The notes under the pieces are model-generated. The model worked only from the letters and a program-made list of their open reading frames with translations, was not told the DNA's origin and made no database searches. This document shows, one piece after another, positions 18,655 to 26,874 of a DNA stretch of 59,593 nucleotides. The number at the start of each line of letters is the position of its first letter. Position 1 is the stretch's first letter. Source of the DNA: an uncultured Faecalimonas sp. (lineage in GTDB: Bacteria > Bacillota > Clostridia > Lachnospirales > Lachnospiraceae); the NCBI GenBank assembly GCA_964440185.1, contig CAYTRJ010000002.1:1-59593 (forward strand), in the 5' to 3' direction. A program made the position numbers and the translations under genes.

Positions 18655-20124
18655 TTACATTAGATTGCTGTAGGAAAACACTTTTAAAAATGTAAAAATC
18701 ATTAACATTAAATCAACTACTAATTTCCCTAGAGAAATAATCATAGGTGCTGCAACTAAGAAACCAGTAATTGCTGTTGTATCTTCCTCCCGCAATTTTT
18801 CAGCTTGATCTAATAGTTTTGTATTTCTTTCAATTAATGTATCCACTTGTTTTACAATTTCATCCTTTCCCATCATATTCAAGGAATAAAGCATTTTCAT
18901 TGAAGAAGATATTTCTGGAATATCATATTTCTCCAAAAAATGAATATATGGTTTGATTGAAATAACATCCTCACTTAGTTCCTTTATTAGTTGCTGTAAC
19001 GGATTTTTCAATACATAAGGTGCTGTTGCAATAGAATTTTCAATTGCTACTGCTATATTTTCCCGTTGCATACTTAATGATAGATTACGCATCCAAATGG
19101 GAAAGGCTTTTTCAATTTCTCGTGTTATCCGTTTCTTGGCTGCCTTCACACTTCTTTTCGGCTGTGACCATAAAAAATATATACCCAGCATACTTCCCAC
19201 AATCACAAAATTCTGCTTCATCACAATTCCACAACTTATAAATATTCCAAAAAGTGCAAACATTGGTATGAAATGAATTCTCATGCTTCTTTCTTTCATA
19301 TTTTCTATTGTTTGATAATCTTTCAAAATTCTTTTTTCGTTTACTACATCCTTCTTCAACCAAGAACCACTCATTTTCGTCTGTACCAATACGTACAGCC
19401 AAAGAAATAGTATTAATGTACTTGTTGTTGTAATTTGATATATCCAATTGTTCTTGATTGAAAATTCCTCTGGAAACATTTTTGTTGTCGCAAAGCAAAT
19501 AAATAATGCCAATCCGATTGCCAGTGTAATATTATTCTTGATTCGTTTTCTTTGTTTTTGAAATTCATATACACGAGCTGTCCATGATTTCACGTCTTCC
19601 AATAAAATATCAATTGCTCCTTGAAATTCTCCACCTTTTGTCTCAATTTCTTCCAAAAAACTATGTAGCGCATACATGCGCTCACAGCCATAGTTCTTTT
19701 CAATCTGCTCTAAACTTTCGCGATATAAATTTGTTTCATAGGTGCCCTTCTCCAAATATAGAATTGATGTACTAACCGTTTCTTTTATGTTTCCAGTCAT
19801 GATTTCTTGTGTATCGCGCAACGCATTTAACACCTTCGGTTTCTTTTTAAATGCATAGATCATCTGTTCCAGATAAGATACAACATCACTAAATTTCTGC
19901 TGTTCATACATATATTGAAATTGACTTGCAATAATCGTAGGTAATGTAAGAATTGCGGCAAGTCCGATAACACTAATGCATTGCCAACGAAGTCCATACA
20001 ATTTCCCAAAGAATAAAATTCCTCCAAATACTATTGCTGTCTTTTTTATAAAACTACCAAAAGAATACTCGAATCCATATCCTGCAATCTGCTTTTTCAT
20101 GCATTGATATGTTTTTATCACCAC
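18655..20124 (-). CDS. Fused TadB/TadC-like (T2SS-F-like) membrane platform protein
   Basis: Two cytoplasmic helical domains each followed by TM segments (YLEQMIYAFKK.. and EKAFPIWMRNLSL..NIAVAIE); overlaps the ATPase stop. Confidence 0.7.
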   Translation of the reverse strand: MVIKTYQCMKKQIAGYGFEYSFGSFIKKTAIVFGGILFFGKLYGLRWQCISVIGLAAILTLPTIIASQFQYMYEQQKFSDVVSYLEQMIYAFKKKPKVLNALRDTQEIMTGNIKETVSTSILYLEKGTYETNLYRESLEQIEKNYGCERMYALHSFLEEIETKGGEFQGAIDILLEDVKSWTARVYEFQKQRKRIKNNITLAIGLALFICFATTKMFPEEFSIKNNWIYQITTTSTLILFLWLYVLVQTKMSGSWLKKDVVNEKRILKDYQTIENMKERSMRIHFIPMFALFGIFISCGIVMKQNFVIVGSMLGIYFLWSQPKRSVKAAKKRITREIEKAFPIWMRNLSLSMQRENIAVAIENSIATAPYVLKNPLQQLIKELSEDVISIKPYIHFLEKYDIPEISSSMKMLYSLNMMGKDEIVKQVDTLIERNTKLLDQAEKLREEDTTAITGFLVAAPMIISLGKLVVDLMLMIFTFLKVFSYSNLM

Positions 20125-21158
20125 TTCACACCCTCTCTATATTGCGTAAAAGGATTCTCTATCTCATGCATTTGAAATTTCCGTTGTATATTACTAGGTA
20201 ATTGTCTTCTATCTTGATTCATTTGTGTTCCATCCCATATTATATGTATTCGATTTGTTTCATTTTCACGTGAAAAAACACCAATCTGGGCAATTTCCCG
20301 CTCAATCCCTTTTTCCGTTACTTTCGAACGAACTAATACTCCAACATCTAAAAAAGAATATATATGATTTAAAATATTCGCTTTATATTCTGGTAACATA
20401 TTCATCATGCGATCTGGTATCTTGCGTACATCATCTGCATGTAATGTTGTTAAACAATGTGTTCCATTCGACATATTTTCTATCAAATATTTCACTTCAA
20501 TGGAACGTGCCTCTGACAGCATAATCCAGTCAGCTAATTGTCTTAAACAAGTTTTTAATGCTTTTTCATAAGAAAATGCTTCATCCACTCGCAAAGATAC
20601 GCAATCCTTTTCTGGATTTATGTCCCTATACCGGATTTCCAAATTGTCCTCAATTGTAATCACTCGTTCATTTGCTGGAATATACGCTGTGCATGCCTTT
20701 AATAATTCTGTTTTGCCAGCTCCGGGTAATCCACAAAATACAATACTCATCTTTGCTCTCACACAATTTTCCAAAAAATTGTGAATGTCTTCTGTGCAAT
20801 ATCCAGAAGCTATCATATTCTCCTTACAAAGTCTTCTCACTGCAGGTGTTTTTCGAATAGAAATACTTCTTCCTGTTGATGTGACACTTTCATGAATAAT
20901 AGAAATGCGAAGTTCATCTGTGTCTGCTTCTAAAATGGGATCATATTGATTAAATGATTTGTTCATAAGATTTGCTAAATACTGTGAGAATTGTTCTACG
21001 AAATGCTTTTCTAAATAGAACCCCAAAATGCAATAACGCCCTTTCTTTAAATGATTGAGCCACAAAGATACGCCATTCCAATTGATGTCTGTTATATTCT
21101 CATCCTTTATGTAAGGTAACAATGCTCCAAATATCTTGTCTTGTAACTGCAATGCCAT
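20118..21158 (-). CDS. CpaF/TadA/VirB11-family secretion ATPase
   Basis: ITDINWNG, SISIRK, Walker A GLPGAGKT, Asp box TIEDNLE, Walker B DWIMLSEAR, His box TTLHA. Confidence 0.92.
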   Translation of the reverse strand: MALQLQDKIFGALLPYIKDENITDINWNGVSLWLNHLKKGRYCILGFYLEKHFVEQFSQYLANLMNKSFNQYDPILEADTDELRISIIHESVTSTGRSISIRKTPAVRRLCKENMIASGYCTEDIHNFLENCVRAKMSIVFCGLPGAGKTELLKACTAYIPANERVITIEDNLEIRYRDINPEKDCVSLRVDEAFSYEKALKTCLRQLADWIMLSEARSIEVKYLIENMSNGTHCLTTLHADDVRKIPDRMMNMLPEYKANILNHIYSFLDVGVLVRSKVTEKGIEREIAQIGVFSRENETNRIHIIWDGTQMNQDRRQLPSNIQRKFQMHEIENPFTQYREGVKW

Positions 21159-21181
21159 AACGTTTCTCCTCCTTTGAATAA

Positions 21182-21207
21182 ATAAGCAGACATTATCGTC
21201 TGCTTAT
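21182..21207 (-). terminator. Hairpin between the major pilin and the ATPase (partial terminator or stability element)
   Basis: Perfect 10-bp stem ATAAGCAGAC-N6-GTCTGCTTAT with a weak T-tract. Confidence 0.7.
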
Positions 21208-21220
21208 CATCATCTTCTGT

Positions 21221-21403
21221 CTAGTTCACAAATGTTGGCGCCATCGTCTTTACATGTGCTTCTGCTTGTGCTTTAAACGCAGAAATAAGTGTACTAAATG
21301 CAGTTTGAATTGAATCTCCCACTGGAGTTGCAATTAAAATTAGAATTGCTACAACTGCAATCACAAATACAGCAATTCCATATTCTTCTAAAAATGCTCT
21401 CAT
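21221..21403 (-). CDS. Flp-like major pilin candidate, 60 aa
   Basis: MRAFLEEYG then a hydrophobic helix (IAVFVIAVVAILILIA) and an amphipathic tail; strong RBS AAGGAGG; directly upstream of the CpaF ATPase. Confidence 0.75.
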   Translation of the reverse strand: MRAFLEEYGIAVFVIAVVAILILIATPVGDSIQTAFSTLISAFKAQAEAHVKTMAPTFVN

Positions 21404-21451
21404 CTAATGTCCTCCTTTCTTTTGATAAGCTTATTGTATCTTGCCTCATTC

Positions 21452-21517
21452 TGTACCAAAAGGTATTGTTTAGTTCTCTTTGGTATCTTTCTTCCTTCTT
21501 TTAACTCTTTTGGTACA
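21452..21517. repeat. 11-bp perfect inverted repeat with a third internal partial copy, upstream of the pilin
   Basis: TGTACCAAAAG (21452-21462) and CTTTTGGTACA (21507-21517); related CTCTTTGGTAT at 21476-21486. Confidence 0.8.
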
Positions 21518-21925
21518 TTACGGTATTATGTAATCATATATAACTGTTTCCTCGGCATTTACCGTATTTACTTTTCCCATATTGTTATAAGTCAGTGACG
21601 TCTGCACACGTAATAATCCTTCTGCTTGATCTGCTGCAAGAAATTTAACCTTTACAATATCATCTGCTTGAATACGTTTTTTTAAATTTTCTTTAAACCT
21701 CATACACATAATCTCATTCTTATCTTCCGAAATATCCGCATACTGATTCCATATACTAAACCATGTATTTTTTTCACTACATTCTTTCAAGGTTTGATAT
21801 GCTGAATCACGTGTGGTTTGTTCCAAAAAAATCTCTTTTTCTGACTTTGTTTCAATAGAAATAACTGATACTAAAATGAAAAGCGAAAGTATTCCTAGTC
21901 CCATACCTAATATCAAATTTTTCAT
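21518..21925 (-). CDS. Single-TM TadE/TadG-like membrane protein
   Basis: N-terminal hydrophobic helix and an alpha/beta C-terminal part; ATGA-coupled to the regulator gene. Confidence 0.5.
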   Translation of the reverse strand: MKNLILGMGLGILSLFILVSVISIETKSEKEIFLEQTTRDSAYQTLKECSEKNTWFSIWNQYADISEDKNEIMCMRFKENLKKRIQADDIVKVKFLAADQAEGLLRVQTSLTYNNMGKVNTVNAEETVIYDYIIP

Positions 21926-22365
21926 AGACTTATATTCACTCCCTTCATTTGTCGCAAAATTTTATCTAACCCAGCATTTTTTAATTGACATAACTTTGTT
22001 TTTGAACCTCTTATCGTATTTACTGCAAAAGTCCATCCGTTCTTTTTTACATAAAGTTCTTCTAGAATCAGCTTCATCTCCTGAGGTAGCTGCAGATAAT
22101 AATACCAAATATAATTGATACAGGATTCCACTGCTAAAACTTCTTTTAAAGATTCCTGATACATATCTCTTAACTCTATTTCCTCCTTACATATTGTCTC
22201 AATTCTGTCATCCATAATAGGAGACTCTTTCAGCCGCTTAATATCACTATTCAAACGTTCTATTTCTTTTATCTGTGCATATTTTTTTTGCTCATATTCT
22301 GCTAATAATTCCTCCTTGTTTTTCAACACTTCAATCACATCTTGCTTCTCCATTTCTCTTTTCAT
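21922..22365 (-). CDS. ArpU/RinA (DUF1492)-like regulator with sigma-70 region 4-like C-terminus
   Basis: Coiled coil then LPQEMKLILEELYVKKNGW...SKTKLCQLKNAGLDKI; start moved to MKREME (AAGGAG). Confidence 0.6.
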   Translation of the reverse strand: MKREMEKQDVIEVLKNKEELLAEYEQKKYAQIKEIERLNSDIKRLKESPIMDDRIETICKEEIELRDMYQESLKEVLAVESCINYIWYYYLQLPQEMKLILEELYVKKNGWTFAVNTIRGSKTKLCQLKNAGLDKILRQMKGVNISL

Positions 22366-22524
22366 ATAGACTCCTTTCCACGTAAAATGCGTACGCAAAA
22401 AAGACAATATCCGCTTTGTTATTGCTACACATCTTCGCTATTATATTTTTCTTTTTTGGATATTTTGGCGAATTGCCATTTGAATTTTGGAAGAGCGGAA
22501 TGCTCTCCGATTGATTGTTTTGTT

Positions 22525-22553
22525 ATTTTAGCACAGTCTATTTTCTCTGTAAA
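22525..22553 (-). promoter_or_regulatory. Sigma-A promoter for the Tad-like operon
   Basis: TTTACA (22548-22553), 17 nt, then TGc-TAAAAT (22525-22530), an extended -10. Confidence 0.65.
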
Positions 22554-22555
22554 CA

Positions 22556-22587
22556 GAAAAAAGAGAATCTTGCGATTCCCTTTTCTC
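22556..22587 (-). terminator. htpG terminator
   Basis: Minus strand AAAAGGGAATC-gcaa-GATTCTCTTTTTT. Confidence 0.8.
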
Positions 22588-22590
22588 TAA

Positions 22591-24441
22591 CTATTTTGTT
22601 AATAGCATCATAATTTCATTACTTCTATTAATAAATGCTGTCATTTCTTCTGAATTTAATGGTTTGTTTCCAAGAAGCGCTAAATCATATAATTGCTTGC
22701 AGAATAATGTTGTATTTTCATCTGCTTCATGATGTAGCACATATTGTACCAATGGATGATTTGCATTTAACACAAGTGTCAATTCTGTTTCCATTCCTGG
22801 CATTCCAGACATACCATACATCTTCATCATTTCCTGCATACGAAGTGTTTCTTCAGACAGCGTCATCATAGATGCTACATTTTCATTTTTTAAATTTTCA
22901 ACCTTTACATCTAGATTTTCTTTTTCGAGTGCCTTGCGGAACAATTCTGTCAATGTATTTATATCCGCTTCTGCTACTGCTTCTTGCTTAAATGATTTGG
23001 TAATATCTGCATCAATTCGTTGGAATTTGACATTTTCATTACGTCCTTCTAACTGTGTTATAAATGGGCTATCGATATTATGTGTCAAGATTACGGCATC
23101 CATTCCTTCTTCCTTGAACATATTTACATATTGACTTTGTTGCTGCTCATCTGTTACATAGTAAATCGTTGCAATTTCTTTGTCATCCACAGTTTCTACA
23201 CTTGCCGCTTCCACACATTCTTTCAATGTTAGATACTTATGGTCCAAGTTTTTAAATAACATATAGTCGCTCATCTTGTCACAGAATTTTGTATCTTTTA
23301 AGCATCCGAATTTAATAAATGGACTAATGTCATCCCAGTAAGATTCATAGGATTCTTTATCTGTTTTACACATTCCAATAAGTTTATCTGCCACTTTTTT
23401 CGAAATATAGTCTGAAATCTTCGTTACAAATCCATCATTTTGAAGTGCACTACGCGATACGTTCAGCGGAAGATCTGGGCAGTCAATTACCCCTCTTAAC
23501 ACCATAAGAAATTCAGGAATTACCTCTTTGATATTGTCTGCAATAAATACTTGATTGTTGTATAATTTGATTTTTCCTTCTACAGATTCGTATTCATTGT
23601 TTAATTTAGGGAAATAAAGAATTCCCTTTAAGTGAAATGGATAATCCATATTCAAATGGATCCAGAACAGTGGTTCTTTGTAATCCATAAACACTTTACG
23701 ATAAAAATCGATATAATCTTCTTTTTTACATTCACTTGGATTCTTTGTCCATAAAGGAGCAGTATCATTTAATGCCTTTGGTTCTTCCGCATCTTCTTTT
23801 ACCTCTTCATTTTCCTTTGTAAGATAAATCTCTGTAGGCATGAATGAACAATATTTTTCTACTACTTCTCTTACGCGGTATTCATTTGAAAATGCATAAC
23901 TATCATCATTTAAGAACAAAGTAATCTCTGTTCCAACTGTTTCTTTCTTTCCTTCTTCTATATCATACTCTGTTCCACCATCACATTCCCAATGTACTGG
24001 TGCTGCACCTTCTTTGTATGATAAAGTATCAATGTGAACTTCTTTTGCTACCATAAATGCCGAGTAGAATCCAAGTCCAAAATGTCCGATCATTTCATCT
24101 TCCGATGTTTTATCTTTATATTTTTCTAAAAATTCTGTAGCACCAGAAAAAGCAATCTGTGTAATATATTCTTCTACTTCTTCTGCTGTCATTCCAAGAC
24201 CGTTATCAATAAATTTTAATGTCTTTTTTTCTCCATCTACTACTAACTCAATCTTACCTTTGTAGTCATCTGGAAGACTATATTCTCCCATCATATCTAA
24301 TTTCTTTAATTTTGTAATCGCATCACATCCATTGGATACAAGTTCGCGAATAAAAATATCATGATCTGAATACATCCATTTCTTTATAATTGGAAAAATA
24401 TTTTCACTATTGATTGAAAGATTTCCGTGTTTTTTTGCCAT
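22591..24441 (-). CDS. htpG: Molecular chaperone HtpG (Hsp90)
   Basis: FIRELVSNGCDA, DNGLGM, IGHFGLGFYSAF, PLNVSRSALQ. Confidence 0.97.
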   Translation of the reverse strand: MAKKHGNLSINSENIFPIIKKWMYSDHDIFIRELVSNGCDAITKLKKLDMMGEYSLPDDYKGKIELVVDGEKKTLKFIDNGLGMTAEEVEEYITQIAFSGATEFLEKYKDKTSEDEMIGHFGLGFYSAFMVAKEVHIDTLSYKEGAAPVHWECDGGTEYDIEEGKKETVGTEITLFLNDDSYAFSNEYRVREVVEKYCSFMPTEIYLTKENEEVKEDAEEPKALNDTAPLWTKNPSECKKEDYIDFYRKVFMDYKEPLFWIHLNMDYPFHLKGILYFPKLNNEYESVEGKIKLYNNQVFIADNIKEVIPEFLMVLRGVIDCPDLPLNVSRSALQNDGFVTKISDYISKKVADKLIGMCKTDKESYESYWDDISPFIKFGCLKDTKFCDKMSDYMLFKNLDHKYLTLKECVEAASVETVDDKEIATIYYVTDEQQQSQYVNMFKEEGMDAVILTHNIDSPFITQLEGRNENVKFQRIDADITKSFKQEAVAEADINTLTELFRKALEKENLDVKVENLKNENVASMMTLSEETLRMQEMMKMYGMSGMPGMETELTLVLNANHPLVQYVLHHEADENTTLFCKQLYDLALLGNKPLNSEEMTAFINRSNEIMMLLTK

Positions 24442-24483
24442 CAACTAACATCTCCTTTTATAAATCTAATTCATCTAAGGGAT

Positions 24484-24545
24484 ATATTAATACGCTCTTT
24501 TTGAAAAGTCAACCAAAATTAGCACTCTTTTACTAGGAGTGCTAA
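24484..24545 (-). promoter_or_regulatory. htpG promoter plus perfect CIRCE element
   Basis: TTAGCACTC-ttttactag-GAGTGCTAA at 24519-24545; TTGACT (24507-24512), 17 nt, then TAATAT (24484-24489). Confidence 0.95.
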
Positions 24546-24678
24546 TAATTTAATATTTTATTTATACTTTCTTTAGATTTTTTCATCTATTGTTTTTCTA
24601 TTATGGAATATTCCTTGCAAAAGTGATAGAATCATAAGAAATAATTTTACAAAATTTAAATGAAAGGAATTTCATAAA

Positions 24679-25176
24679 ATGGATGGATTAAGAATTATAA
24701 ATGTTACAAATATGGAATTAGTTTACTCTTTATCTGCTGTCGCAGATGATATATGGCATCAGCATTTCACACCAATCATTGGAGAAAAGCAAGTAAATTA
24801 TATGCTTGAAAAGTTTCTTTCTCCAGATGCGTTAGTAGCACAGATCAACTCTGGATATGAATATTTTCTTCTTTCCTACGACTATACTTTTGCAGGTTTT
24901 GTTGGAATCCACGAAGAAACTGATGCGCTTTTCTTAAGTAAATTCTATGTGCATCAAGATTTTCGAGGCAAAAAGATTGGTTCCTACATGTTCCAAAAAT
25001 TAATTGAACTCTGCAAAATGCGTAATCTCAAAAAAATCTGGTTAACTTGCAATAAGTATAATGATAATACACTTGCCATCTATGATCATCTTGGATTTAA
25101 GATTGTACGCGACGAAGTAACGGATATTGGAAATGGTTTTGTGATGGATGACTACATCCTGGAATATGAAATCTAA
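24679..25176 (+). CDS. GNAT family N-acetyltransferase
   Basis: LSKFYVHQDFRGKKIG motif A; LTCNKYN..YDHLGF. Confidence 0.9.
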   Translation: MDGLRIINVTNMELVYSLSAVADDIWHQHFTPIIGEKQVNYMLEKFLSPDALVAQINSGYEYFLLSYDYTFAGFVGIHEETDALFLSKFYVHQDFRGKKIGSYMFQKLIELCKMRNLKKIWLTCNKYNDNTLAIYDHLGFKIVRDEVTDIGNGFVMDDYILEYEI

Positions 25177-25240
25177 CTCCTGTTGCAATTTGATTTTTTG
25201 CTGATATAATATACCTTATGGTAAAAGGAGGTTCCTGTAA

Positions 25241-26164
25241 GTGTACAGTTTTATTGTAAATCCCCATGCCCGTTCCGGACTGGGAAGTGTTATTTGGAAT
25301 CAGTTAGATACAATTTTAAAAGAGAAAAACGTTGCATACGAGGTCTATTTTACAAATTACCAAAAGCATGCAACAGAGATTGCACGACAAATTACATCCG
25401 ATGGAAAAGAGCATACGCTCATTGCACTCGGTGGCGATGGAACTGTTAATGAAGTAGTGAACGGTATTTCAGATTATCAAAAAGCAATCCTTGGCTACAT
25501 TCCTATAGGATCAAGTAATGATTTTGCTCGTGGTTTGAAAATTCCAAAAGATCCTTTTAAGGCACTTGAACTGATTTTGGAACAGCCACATTTACATCCG
25601 ATGGATATTGGAGAATTACGATATAAGAATCGTTTAAGACATTTTGCTGTAAGTTGTGGACTTGGTTTCGATGCAGATATTTGTCACGAAGCAGTTGTAT
25701 CACGTTTAAAATATATATTAAATAAATTAAAACTTGGAAAACTTACATATGTTGGAATTGCATTACATCGTTTGATTTTAACCAAACCATGTGAGCTAAC
25801 ACTTACATTAGATGGAACAGTAAAAAAAACATTTCCTAACACATACTTCGTTGCATTTATGAATAATCAATATGAAGGTGGCGGCGCAAGATTTTGTCCC
25901 AAAGCAAAAAATGATGATGGAAAATTAGGTGTAATCGTTGCATCCAATATTTCAAAGCTAAAAGTACTTTTTGTTATTCCATTCGCATTCTTGGGACTTC
26001 ATACTGTTTTTAAAGGTGTAGACATCTTTTCTTGCGAACACGTAGAAGTTTCAGCTGAGCGCCCATTGCCACTACATACAGATGGCGAACCAATTTTCTT
26101 ACAACAACAGATTTCTGTTTGTTGTGCATCTCAAAAATTACGTATTATTACATCTAGAACATAA
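25241..26164 (+). CDS. Diacylglycerol kinase family (YegS/DgkB-like) lipid kinase
   Basis: IVNPHARSG, GGDGTVNEV, GSSNDFAR, GLGFDA, HTDGE. Confidence 0.92.
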   Translation: MYSFIVNPHARSGLGSVIWNQLDTILKEKNVAYEVYFTNYQKHATEIARQITSDGKEHTLIALGGDGTVNEVVNGISDYQKAILGYIPIGSSNDFARGLKIPKDPFKALELILEQPHLHPMDIGELRYKNRLRHFAVSCGLGFDADICHEAVVSRLKYILNKLKLGKLTYVGIALHRLILTKPCELTLTLDGTVKKTFPNTYFVAFMNNQYEGGGARFCPKAKNDDGKLGVIVASNISKLKVLFVIPFAFLGLHTVFKGVDIFSCEHVEVSAERPLPLHTDGEPIFLQQQISVCCASQKLRIITSRT

Positions 26165-26180
26165 CATTGTGAGGGATTTC

Positions 26181-26831
26181 ATGAAAAAATTTTTTCAAAA
26201 ATATAAACACGCTTGGGTCTTTTTATATGGATTTATTTATTTTCCTTGGTTTTATTATTTAGAAAAAACTGTTACACATGGGTATAATGTAGTCCAGCTT
26301 CCCTTAGATAAAAAGATTCCATTTATAGAGTTCTTTATCATTCCATATTACCTTTGGTTTGCATTTATTGCAGTAGCTGTTTTTTATTTCTTTTTTACGA
26401 ATACAAAAGAATTTTATAAATTGATCACATTCCTGGTAATTGGTATGACGCTCTTTTTAGTTATTTCTACACTCTTTCCAAACGGACAGATGCTTCGTCC
26501 AACACATTTTGTTAGAGATAACATTTTTACAGACTTGGTAAAACAATTATATATACTAGATACACCAACCAATGTCTTTCCTAGCATTCATGTATATAAC
26601 TCAATTGGTGTTATGGTTGCAATTAATTCCAGCGAACAATTAAAGTCAAAGAAATGGGTAATCCATTTAACCAATGTTTTAGGATGCCTGATCATTCTTT
26701 CTACGATGTTCTTAAAACAACATTCTGTTTTAGATGTAATCGGAGCTGGTATCTTTGCTACTATTTCTTATGTGTTTGTATATGCAAATGAACCAAAAAG
26801 CACACATGTTTTTTCAAAATCAATTTCTTAA
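26181..26831 (+). CDS. PAP2-superfamily membrane phosphatase/phosphotransferase
   Basis: PTNVFPSIHV and KQHSVLDV; several TM segments; start moved to MKKFFQ. Confidence 0.8.
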   Translation: MKKFFQKYKHAWVFLYGFIYFPWFYYLEKTVTHGYNVVQLPLDKKIPFIEFFIIPYYLWFAFIAVAVFYFFFTNTKEFYKLITFLVIGMTLFLVISTLFPNGQMLRPTHFVRDNIFTDLVKQLYILDTPTNVFPSIHVYNSIGVMVAINSSEQLKSKKWVIHLTNVLGCLIILSTMFLKQHSVLDVIGAGIFATISYVFVYANEPKSTHVFSKSIS

Positions 26832-26871
26832 AAAAATTCCCGTAGAACTGTTTTCCACGGGAATCTTTTTT
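26832..26871. terminator. Bidirectional terminator
   Basis: ATTCCCGT...ACGGGAAT flanked by A and T runs, between convergent genes. Confidence 0.75.
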
Positions 26872-26874
26872 ACC

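Noticed and set aside
22366-22524. c-di-GMP riboswitch in the leader of the pilus operon
   Set aside because: No GGCAAA/GAAA/CGCAAAGC (class I) or class II kink-turn consensus is visible; kept only as a generic structured leader.
15447-22587. att-like direct repeats (AAAAAGAATCT / AAAAAGAGAATCT) flanking the Tad-like locus
   Set aside because: Short, imperfect and explained by terminator stems; there is no integrase or tRNA target, so no mobile element was called.
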